In this document: one piece after another, positions 19,357-26,822 of the stretch
Position numbering within the stretch: the stretch's first letter is position 1
Layout of the letters: every line of letters begins with the position of its first letter
NCBI GenBank assembly: GCA_012523945.1
Contig: JAAYSO010000105.1
Coordinates: 10,072 to 74,071 of the forward strand
DNA: 64,000 nucleotides
Reading direction: 5' to 3'
DNA from: Bacillota bacterium
Lineage (GTDB): Bacteria > Bacillota > Dethiobacteria > Dethiobacterales > Dethiobacteraceae
Translations under genes and position numbers: made by a program
The notes under the pieces: model-generated
What the model was told of the DNA's origin: nothing
Seen by the model: only the letters and a program-made list of their open reading frames with translations
Databases searched by the model: none

Positions 19357-20021
19357 TACTCATCCGCCCTTTCCATGGCACCCTTTTGCAAACGAATAAT
19401 TCTGCCTTTCGTTTCATCTATTAAATGCGTAGCGTGGGTGGTAATGATGACAGATGCATTACTATCCCGGCTGGAAGCAGCTAAAAGCTCCAAAATGTTT
19501 TGCGCATTTTCTTTGTCCAAATTTCCTGTAGGCTCATCAGCCAAAATAATGGCAGGTTTTCTGGCTACAGCGCGGGCAATGGAAACGCGCTGGCCCTCTC
19601 CCCAGGACAAATTCTCCACCGGTGCGTTGGCTTTATGCTGCAGACCTACTTTAAACAAAGCTTCCTGTGCCCTGCTTTTCATCTCCTCAAGGGGAAGGTC
19701 CAGGAAACGCAGGCCTAACATGACATTTTCCAGGGCGGTTCTTCCCTTTACCAGCCTAAAATCCTGAAACACCGGTCCCATCAGTGTACGCAGCCACCTA
19801 ATTTTATCCATTTCATTTTTATGTAAAGTGCGCCCCAAAACTTTTAAAGTGCCGCCGGTAGGGAACTCCATGCCCATGAGGAGTTTTAACAAGCTGGTTT
19901 TGCCGGAACCGCTGGGCCCGGTAATAAAAACAATTTCACGCATTTTCACAGACAAATTAATCTCCCGTAAAGCCACTGTGCCGTCAGGATATTGCAAAGT
20001 TACGTTTTTAGCTTCTATCAT
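19356..20021 (-). CDS. ftsE: Cell-division ATP-binding protein FtsE
   Basis: 221 aa. Walker A GPSGSGKTS, signature LSWGEGQR, Walker B ILADEPTGNLD. RBS GGGAGGA. Confidence 0.9.
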   Translation of the reverse strand: MIEAKNVTLQYPDGTVALREINLSVKMREIVFITGPSGSGKTSLLKLLMGMEFPTGGTLKVLGRTLHKNEMDKIRWLRTLMGPVFQDFRLVKGRTALENVMLGLRFLDLPLEEMKSRAQEALFKVGLQHKANAPVENLSWGEGQRVSIARAVARKPAIILADEPTGNLDKENAQNILELLAASSRDSNASVIITTHATHLIDETKGRIIRLQKGAMERADE

Positions 20022-20050
20022 CCTTGATCCTCCCGCTGTGGTTTAACTGA

Positions 20051-21157
20051 TTAAGTTAGCGGAACAACCGTTAATTCAAGTTGCCCTTCCCCTATTTCCA
20101 AAGCCAGTATTCGCATTTCTCCCACAAGTTGATTTAAATCTAACCGCAATTCTGCGGCAAATAATTCTTCCAGTTTACCGGGTCCGAGGGCCATCCCAAA
20201 AAAAGTGCCCTCCTGAACTTGAAAAGTTAAGATATTGTCTTCAACCAGAAACATACCGGATAAAACTAAATTATTTTCCGGCATTTCAATTTGTACTCTG
20301 CCGGGAGTAAAAGTAAAGGCCAGTTCATCATAACCTTGCTCGGCAAAAATATTGTTAAGCGTTGTGTCAGCAAGGGCTGCCTTTAAGCCCACCGGAGTTA
20401 ACCTGACCTTTATTGCCTCCGGCGGCAACTTTGCTTCAGCAACTATCCGGGCAAGATCAGCTGTAAGTTGCGGGAAAAACTGTGTCAGCTCCTGCCAGGC
20501 CTCTTCTATCATTGCTAGCTGTTCTTCAAAAAATTCCCTCTCCTCGGCTAAAGACGTCAGGTAAGCTTCCAACTCTGCTTTCAACTCGTTTGTTTTGTCA
20601 ATTGACTCTGTAAGCTGTTTTTCGGTTACCTGCAAGGAATTTACAATGGGCTCCAATTCTTCCTTTTGTGCCACCAGATTCTCCTTGCTCTCATCCAGCA
20701 GCTCCAGGAGATTACCTGTATTGCGGGCCAAATCCCGCAAGGTGCCGATTCTGCGCAAAAAATCTGAAAAACTTTTTGCTTTCAGCAACCTTTCCAGATA
20801 ATTGGACGGCCCTGTTCTTTGATAACTTCTTAAGACCTGCTTCAGGGCTTCCCGGTTTTCATTGTATTTATGCTCTTCCGCTCCAATTTCCGCTTCCAAT
20901 TGGCTGATCCGGAGTTTTAACCCCTCCATCTCACTACTTGTTCTTTGTTTTTCTCTTTCCATTTCCTCAATGGATTGGGTTAAAGCAAATAATTCTTCCA
21001 GAATTTCTTTTTCTTCAGCCGTTAATAGGGAGAGTTTTTCTTCTATTTGGGCAGGGCTGTCCTGTTGTCCGAAAGCCGTACCTAAAAAAACAGAGATCAG
21101 AAAAATAAAGACAAACAGAAAGAAAAAAGCAACTCTTTTCGTCCCGATTTTTTGCAT
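20051..21157 (-). CDS. Secreted coiled-coil protein encoded immediately upstream of ftsEX (no peptidase domain recognised)
   Basis: 368 aa. Signal/anchor segment VAFFFLFVFIFLISVFLGTAFG, about 200 aa of heptad-rich E/K/L/Q sequence, then a ~130-aa C-terminal domain with no HxxxD or HxH M23 motifs. RBS AGGAGG. Confidence 0.6.
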   Translation of the reverse strand: MQKIGTKRVAFFFLFVFIFLISVFLGTAFGQQDSPAQIEEKLSLLTAEEKEILEELFALTQSIEEMEREKQRTSSEMEGLKLRISQLEAEIGAEEHKYNENREALKQVLRSYQRTGPSNYLERLLKAKSFSDFLRRIGTLRDLARNTGNLLELLDESKENLVAQKEELEPIVNSLQVTEKQLTESIDKTNELKAELEAYLTSLAEEREFFEEQLAMIEEAWQELTQFFPQLTADLARIVAEAKLPPEAIKVRLTPVGLKAALADTTLNNIFAEQGYDELAFTFTPGRVQIEMPENNLVLSGMFLVEDNILTFQVQEGTFFGMALGPGKLEELFAAELRLDLNQLVGEMRILALEIGEGQLELTVVPLT

Positions 21158-21338
21158 TTTGTTGCCTCCTGGCTTAGCCTACTGTCATTTGTCTGAATTT
21201 AGCAAAAATAAGTTGTTATTATAGTTACACATTGGTGCAGAAATTCCTGCCTGCTCCTTAACGGCAAAGAAGTTTCTTGCTTTCCGGCGGCAAACAAATT
21301 ATACTTGGTACTGAAATCTAAAGGGCAGGGAAAGTAAA

Positions 21339-22229
21339 TTGAAAACATTGCTGAAAGAGTTTTGTAAAACAATAAATCTTGAATCTGTGGGGATTGCTCC
21401 GGCAAAACCTTATCTGGATTTTGCCCGGATCTGGCAGCAACAAATTGAAAGGAAATATAATAGTGGCTTTGAAGAAAAAAATTTTAGCAAAAGAGTTTAT
21501 CCTCACCTGACACTGCCGGCTGCAAAATCTGTGATTGTCTGTCTTTTCCCTTATTTCGCCGGTACAGATCCTGAAGCCAATCTGGCCAAATTTGCCTATA
21601 GTCTTGATTATCACCTGCTCATTAAGGACAAACTGGAAACCATCGGTATGTTTTTGCAAAAGCAGATCACAGGTTTTCAATATCAAAGTTTTGTTGACAA
21701 CGGGCCCTTTAGCGACCGTTATCTTGCTTTTCTGGCCGGTCTTGGCTTTTGGGGCGTAAATAATCATCTTATTTGTGATAAATACGGCTCATACTTTTTT
21801 ATCGGCTACATCCTTAATAATTATCCTTTCCCGCCGGACAGTCCCCAGGAAAAAACCTGCCTGCAATGCGGTAAATGTATAGAAGCATGCCCGGGACAGT
21901 GTATTTTAGGCGATTTCACCATTAACGCCCGGCGCTGTAAGTCCTACCTGACACAAAAAAAAGACCCGCTTACCGCAACGGAAGTTGAGATTATACAAAA
22001 AACTGCTTTAATCTGGGGCTGTGATGTCTGCCAGGATGTTTGCCCCCACAACCAAAACGCCGTCAAATCAAATCTTTTAGAATTCACCACTAACCTGGTT
22101 ACACGCCTGGATTACCAGGAACTAAAGGGGCTTTCTAATCGCGCTTTTAAGGAAAAATATAAAAACCGCTCCTTTAGCTGGAGGGGGAAAAAAATATTGT
22201 TGCGCAATCTGGAAATCATAGGCAGTTAA
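21339..22229 (+). CDS. queG: Epoxyqueuosine reductase QueG-like
   Basis: 296 aa with a TTG start. Motifs DYH...FVDNGPFSDRYLAFLAGLGFWG, CLQCGKCIEACP, RRCKSYLTQ, GCDVCQDVCPHN. Confidence 0.8.
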   Translation: MKTLLKEFCKTINLESVGIAPAKPYLDFARIWQQQIERKYNSGFEEKNFSKRVYPHLTLPAAKSVIVCLFPYFAGTDPEANLAKFAYSLDYHLLIKDKLETIGMFLQKQITGFQYQSFVDNGPFSDRYLAFLAGLGFWGVNNHLICDKYGSYFFIGYILNNYPFPPDSPQEKTCLQCGKCIEACPGQCILGDFTINARRCKSYLTQKKDPLTATEVEIIQKTALIWGCDVCQDVCPHNQNAVKSNLLEFTTNLVTRLDYQELKGLSNRAFKEKYKNRSFSWRGKKILLRNLEIIGS

Positions 22230-22278
22230 GCCTTTCCCCGGTCTGGCCCTGGTACTGCCAAAAGTTTGACTGCCCGGC

Positions 22279-22318
22279 AAAAAGCTGTGCAAATTGCATG
22301 TGCAGCTTTTTATTTTTA
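22279..22318 (+). terminator. Terminator after queG
   Basis: aaaaagctg / cagcttttt stem with a 15-nt loop, followed by a T-rich run. Confidence 0.45.
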
Positions 22319-22535
22319 TGATATAATTTGCAGTAGACGGATGAGAGCAATTAATGGATTTTACCCGTTTGGCTTTATTAGCGACAGAACTTTTAGAAAA
22401 CTCGGATCAAGCAAAGCTTTCCGTCGCAACTTTATGTTATAATGTAAATAAGCCGGTATTATTTTCTGTAAACTTACAGGTTTTTCTCCGTCAACCTGTG
22501 CGTAATATATAATTTTCAGAAAGGAGTCTGATCGT

Positions 22536-24893
22536 ATGGCTGATTTAGCCGGTGCAAACGGACAAAGAGAACATTTCAGAGTCGTGGGCAAGCCCAATCT
22601 ACCCGGCAAACTTTCCTATGCCATGGCTACGGGCATTGCCAAATTTGGCATAGACTATGTACTTCCCAATATGTTGCACGCAAAATTCCTGCGCAGCCCT
22701 TACGCCCATGCCAGGGTTGTTTCTGTGGACACAACTAAAGCCAGAGCTATTCCTGGTGTTGTTGATATACTTACCTGGGAAGACGAGGATATTAAAAACC
22801 TGACAAGTTTTGGTGAAAGCTTCGGTACAGCCAAACCTTGGCTTGATAATGTGGCAGAACATGAGGGGCAAGAAGTGGCTGTCATTGTTGTGGCAGAAAG
22901 CGAAGATATCTGCGAAGAAGCATTAAGGCAACTGGACGTTGAGTGGGAAGTATTGCCGCATGTTGTGGATGTTCTTGAGGGTAAAGAGCCGGATGCTCCG
23001 GTAATTAGGCCTGAGGCACCACCGGCACAAGCCTTTGGTCCTCCAGGCGTTAAGCCGCCCGAGAAAAAAGGTAATGTCACCACTGTCACCACGGTGCAGG
23101 GAGACGTTGAAGCAGGTTTTAAAGAAGCAGACCATGTGATTGAATATGACTTAAAACTGCCGGCCTTTGCTTCCCATATGCCTAACCCCTCCGGCTCGGT
23201 GGCCTGGTGGGAAGAAGATCCTTATCTGGGAGAAGGCAAAGCTTTACACATTGAAGGTGCCGTTAGGGAAAGACAGGCCATTAGCGCCATGTACAAAGTG
23301 CCTTTGGAAAAGACTATCCAGAAAGGCTTATTTATGGGTGGGAAATACTGCGACTGGGGTTTAAGAAAATCTCAGGAAATCACACCGCTTTTAGCCAAAA
23401 GAACCGGCAGACCGGTACGTTGTGTCAATAAACGCGAAGACCACTATGACTTTTTAATGAAAGAACGTTACATGTACCTTAAAGTAGGCTTCAAAGAGAA
23501 CGGCTTAATTACCGCCGTAGACGATTATTCCATTGCTGATGGCGGCGTCACAGGCAGTTCTTCCTTCGGCACGACCGGTGACCATAGATACGGCCCCTAC
23601 TTTACTTTAAGATGTAAAAACATCAGGCAGACCATGGACATTATTGACACCAACCGCGGTAAAATGTATGTGAGCGGTCAGCACTGTCCCTTTAACTGGG
23701 ATGCCGGCACCATGGCCGTCTACTTAATTGCGGAAAAGCTGGGGAAAGACCCCATTGAAATTGCCAGAATCAATTTACACGGTCCCACCTCTCAAGATGA
23801 TCCCAACCCGGTGCCCAGTTTTGAAGCTTGTATTGAAGCCGGCAAAAAACTGATGAACTGGAACTGGCACCCGGCCGGCACGAAAAAACTGCCGGACGGC
23901 AGAATGCACGGCGCCAGCTTCCGCTATCAAATGTGTCCGCGACACGCATTTTCCGGTTATGAAGCCAAATTGGAACTGCGTGACGGTAAGGTACACATGC
24001 CGACACAGGGCCCGGTCTTTGGCGTTTTTGCCGTTGAAGCTAATGCCATGGTAGTGGCGGAAGAGCTAGGTTTAGAATATGACGATGTCAGTATTGATTT
24101 TGACTACAGGGAAAAATTTACTCCTGTGGGCGGCGGTTCTGACGGCACTACGGCTTCAGCCTGGGTCATGAAAGAATGTGCCAATAAATTAAAGCGGATG
24201 ATTCTTGAAGCCGCCATTGAAGAGGCAGAAAATCCGCCTCAACCTATTTCCATGTTTGCTCCGCCCAGACCCCCCAGCCCCTTTAAAGGCAAAGGGCTCA
24301 AACCGGAAGATTTAGATTTACAGGACGGCAAAGTTGTCCTTAAGTCTGATCCCAGCATCGGGGTTCCCCTTGCTCAAGCCGTAACCCAAAACCTGGTGGC
24401 CACTTATGCCGGCAGACCTCCCAATGCATTATGGTCAATTGGCATGGGCAGAATGCTGGATACCATGAATACAGCTTATTGCGAAGTAGCAGTAGATACG
24501 GAAACCGGTGAAGTGGAAATCCTCCGTTTCGGCGTCGTGGCAGATCCCGGGAAAATCATGCGTCTGACCTCGCTGGAAAGCCAAATCGACCAGGTCATGT
24601 ACTTCAGTCAGGGCTGCCAGTTGCTTGAGGATTATGTGTATGATAAAAAGACCGGCGTTAAGCTTAATAATAATATGATTGATTACAAAAAACCGACTAT
24701 GGTTGATGTCCCCCATGTGGACCGTAAATTCCTGGAAACACGCGCCGGTAACGCAGCTTACGGCGCCAATGGCATCAGCCATTCTTTGGCCAACACACAC
24801 TTGGTCATTATTGCTATCCATAACGCCATTGGCGTCTGGGTAGATCCGCCGGCAACACCTGATAAAGTACTGAAAGCTTTAGGTAAAATCTAA
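22536..24893 (+). CDS. Xanthine dehydrogenase/aldehyde oxidase-family molybdopterin-binding large subunit
   Basis: 785 aa. N-terminus RVVGKPNLPGKLSYAMATGIAKFGIDYVLPNMLHAKFLRSPYAHARVVSVD is typical of the a/b-hammerhead domain of this family. RBS AAAGGAG. Confidence 0.85.
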   Translation: MADLAGANGQREHFRVVGKPNLPGKLSYAMATGIAKFGIDYVLPNMLHAKFLRSPYAHARVVSVDTTKARAIPGVVDILTWEDEDIKNLTSFGESFGTAKPWLDNVAEHEGQEVAVIVVAESEDICEEALRQLDVEWEVLPHVVDVLEGKEPDAPVIRPEAPPAQAFGPPGVKPPEKKGNVTTVTTVQGDVEAGFKEADHVIEYDLKLPAFASHMPNPSGSVAWWEEDPYLGEGKALHIEGAVRERQAISAMYKVPLEKTIQKGLFMGGKYCDWGLRKSQEITPLLAKRTGRPVRCVNKREDHYDFLMKERYMYLKVGFKENGLITAVDDYSIADGGVTGSSSFGTTGDHRYGPYFTLRCKNIRQTMDIIDTNRGKMYVSGQHCPFNWDAGTMAVYLIAEKLGKDPIEIARINLHGPTSQDDPNPVPSFEACIEAGKKLMNWNWHPAGTKKLPDGRMHGASFRYQMCPRHAFSGYEAKLELRDGKVHMPTQGPVFGVFAVEANAMVVAEELGLEYDDVSIDFDYREKFTPVGGGSDGTTASAWVMKECANKLKRMILEAAIEEAENPPQPISMFAPPRPPSPFKGKGLKPEDLDLQDGKVVLKSDPSIGVPLAQAVTQNLVATYAGRPPNALWSIGMGRMLDTMNTAYCEVAVDTETGEVEILRFGVVADPGKIMRLTSLESQIDQVMYFSQGCQLLEDYVYDKKTGVKLNNNMIDYKKPTMVDVPHVDRKFLETRAGNAAYGANGISHSLANTHLVIIAIHNAIGVWVDPPATPDKVLKALGKI

Positions 24894-24905
24894 ACAAGTA
24901 AAAAA

Positions 24906-24938
24906 GGACTTGAGGCGAATTTGCCTTGAGTCCTTTTT
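24906..24938 (+). terminator. Rho-independent terminator after the Mo-enzyme gene
   Basis: ggacttgaggc / gccttgagtcc stem (two G-U pairs on the plus strand), then TTTTT. Confidence 0.6.
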
Positions 24939-24953
24939 GCTTGCAGAAATTTC

Positions 24954-26486
24954 TTAACTGAAAAGATTTTGGGTATTGCCGTTTTCTATAATATTAAGCA
25001 TTTTGACGGTGGCTTTAATGGCAGCCGCAGTCTGGTCAGAATCAAGCCCCCTGGTTTTAAACTCCTTGTCCCCCTGCCAGGTAATGACTGTTTCCACCAG
25101 CGCGTCTGTGTCACCGCCGGGCGGGATGGTAACAGTGTAATCAGCCAGCCGCGGCAAGCGCTTTTTGCGTTTTTGATAAATTTTGGTGATGGCTTTAAAG
25201 AAAGCATCATATTGTCCGCTGCCGGTTGCTGTTTCCTCATAGATTTTGCCGCAAATGTCGGCACTAATTGTGGCCACAGGCTTTAAGTTTTTGGCATGAC
25301 AGATATAATAGTTTTCTATTTTTACCTTATTGCTAATTAATTTGCTGCCTAAAACATCTGAAATAATATAGGGCAGATCCTCTGTGGTGATATTTTGTTT
25401 TTTGTCACCCAGTTCCACAACTTTTTCCGTAATCTTTTCAATGGAACTCTGATCCAGCTGGATTCCCAGTTCTTCCAGATTTTTAATAATACTGGCCTTG
25501 CCAGAGGTTTTGCCTAAAGCATATTTGCGCAGCCGGCCAAAGCGGGCCGGATTAAGCAGGTTCTGGTAGAGATTACCCTTACTGTCGCCATCAGCATGAA
25601 CACCGCAGGTTTGTGTAAATACGTTCTCCCCAATAATAGGCTTGTTTCCCGGGATGCGAATGCCGGAAAAAGATTCCACAATCCGGCTTACTTTATTTAA
25701 TTTTGATTCATCAATGAAAATTTCCGTTTTCCCGTAATGATCATTAAGTACACCCACAATACTGGAAAGCACGGTGTTGCCTGCCCTTTCACCCAGTCCG
25801 TTCACTGTGGTGTGAATACCTTTGACGCCTGCTTTAACCGCCATATAAGTATTGGCCACAGCCAGGTCATAATCATTATGGGCATGGAAATCAAAATGCA
25901 CATCAGGATACTTTTCCACCATGAGCCGGCAGTACTTGTAGGCTGATTCAGGATCTAAAATACCTAAAGTATCGGCCAGCATAAAACGATTGACATCTTT
26001 TTTCAGAACCTCAATCAGCTGAAAGACATACTGGGGAGAGCTTTGCACACCGTTGGACCAATCTTCCAGGTACAAATTTACTTTAATCCCATGGCTGCGG
26101 GCATATTTTAAGACTGCCTGAATGTCAGCCAGATGCTCGGCAGGAGTCTTCTGCAGCTGCCCTTCCACATGCCGCCGGGAGCCTTTACAGAGCAAATTCA
26201 ATACTTTGGCCCCTGCCTCTACCAACCAGTCAACTGACTTGGTGCCGTCAACAAAGCCGAGAATCTCAACTTTTTCCGACAGGCCGTTATTTTTACACCA
26301 TTGTGTTATTTTTTTAGTTGCTTCCAGTTCACCTGTTGAAACACGGGCAGACGCCACTTCAATACGGTCAACTTTAACTTCTTCAAGTAACATTTTTGCC
26401 ACCGTGAATTTTTCATCCACAGTAAAAGCCACACCGGGTGTCTGCTCCCCGTCCCTCAGGGTTGTGTCCATAATTTCGACTCTCAT
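24954..26486 (-). CDS. cimA: (R)-citramalate synthase, Leptospira CimA-type (LeuA/HCS family)
   Basis: Motifs IMDTTLRDGEQTPGV, HFDFHAHNDYDLAVAN, GLGERAGN, VFTQTCGVHADGDSKGNLY, plus a C-terminal regulatory domain IPPGGDTDALVET. It matches the remembered L. interrogans CimA closely. ATG at 26486 has RBS AAAGGAG; the ORF-track start at 26537 lies inside the leader terminator. Confidence 0.8.
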   Translation of the reverse strand: MRVEIMDTTLRDGEQTPGVAFTVDEKFTVAKMLLEEVKVDRIEVASARVSTGELEATKKITQWCKNNGLSEKVEILGFVDGTKSVDWLVEAGAKVLNLLCKGSRRHVEGQLQKTPAEHLADIQAVLKYARSHGIKVNLYLEDWSNGVQSSPQYVFQLIEVLKKDVNRFMLADTLGILDPESAYKYCRLMVEKYPDVHFDFHAHNDYDLAVANTYMAVKAGVKGIHTTVNGLGERAGNTVLSSIVGVLNDHYGKTEIFIDESKLNKVSRIVESFSGIRIPGNKPIIGENVFTQTCGVHADGDSKGNLYQNLLNPARFGRLRKYALGKTSGKASIIKNLEELGIQLDQSSIEKITEKVVELGDKKQNITTEDLPYIISDVLGSKLISNKVKIENYYICHAKNLKPVATISADICGKIYEETATGSGQYDAFFKAITKIYQKRKKRLPRLADYTVTIPPGGDTDALVETVITWQGDKEFKTRGLDSDQTAAAIKATVKMLNIIENGNTQNLFS

Positions 26487-26513
26487 TTTCTGCTCCTTTC
26501 TGCAAATGTTTGT

Positions 26514-26757
26514 GATAAAATAAAAACTTTCGCCCATAACAGGACGAAAGTTATTTTCGTTCTACCACCTATTACGACATACCATCATATGCGTTCCCTG
26601 TAACGGGGGAAAGCCGTCAGAACTTACTCCAGCCAACTGTTTCAGCCGCTGCAACTCGAGAGTGATGTTCACTGCTTTTCTACTGGTACCGGGTTTCCAC
26701 CGTCTCCGGCTCACTGTAACGTTCAAAAAACAGCTACTGTCTCCGTCATCGTTTTTA
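26514..26757 (-). promoter_or_regulatory. T-box leader (probable Ile specifier AUC) controlling cimA
   Basis: On the minus strand: GATGACGGAGACAGTAG (GA motif/AGTA), GAGCCGGAGACGGTGGAAA (AGAGA-like plus GGTGNNA), and candidate specifier GAAC-ATC-A. T-box sequence is AATAGGTGGTAGAACG. Terminator is aactttcgtcc-tgttat-gggcgaaagtt plus TTTTTATTTT. Confidence 0.75.
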
Positions 26758-26772
26758 GCTATATGTTTCTAT

Positions 26773-26801
26773 ATTCTACACAAAACAAAAGCATTTGTAA
26801 A
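26773..26801 (-). promoter_or_regulatory. Sigma-A-type promoter for the cimA T-box leader
   Basis: Minus strand TTTACA, 17 nt, TAGAAT. It lies directly downstream of the gshF stop. Confidence 0.5.
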
Positions 26802-26822
26802 TACCTATTTTATTAATAATTT

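Noticed and set aside
22230-22535. Possible Moco or purine riboswitch in the 306-nt region upstream of the molybdenum enzyme
   Set aside because: Two -10-like elements (tatgatataat, tatgttataat) and some small hairpins are present. None of the conserved Moco or purine riboswitch sequence blocks could be recognised. The region is left unassigned.
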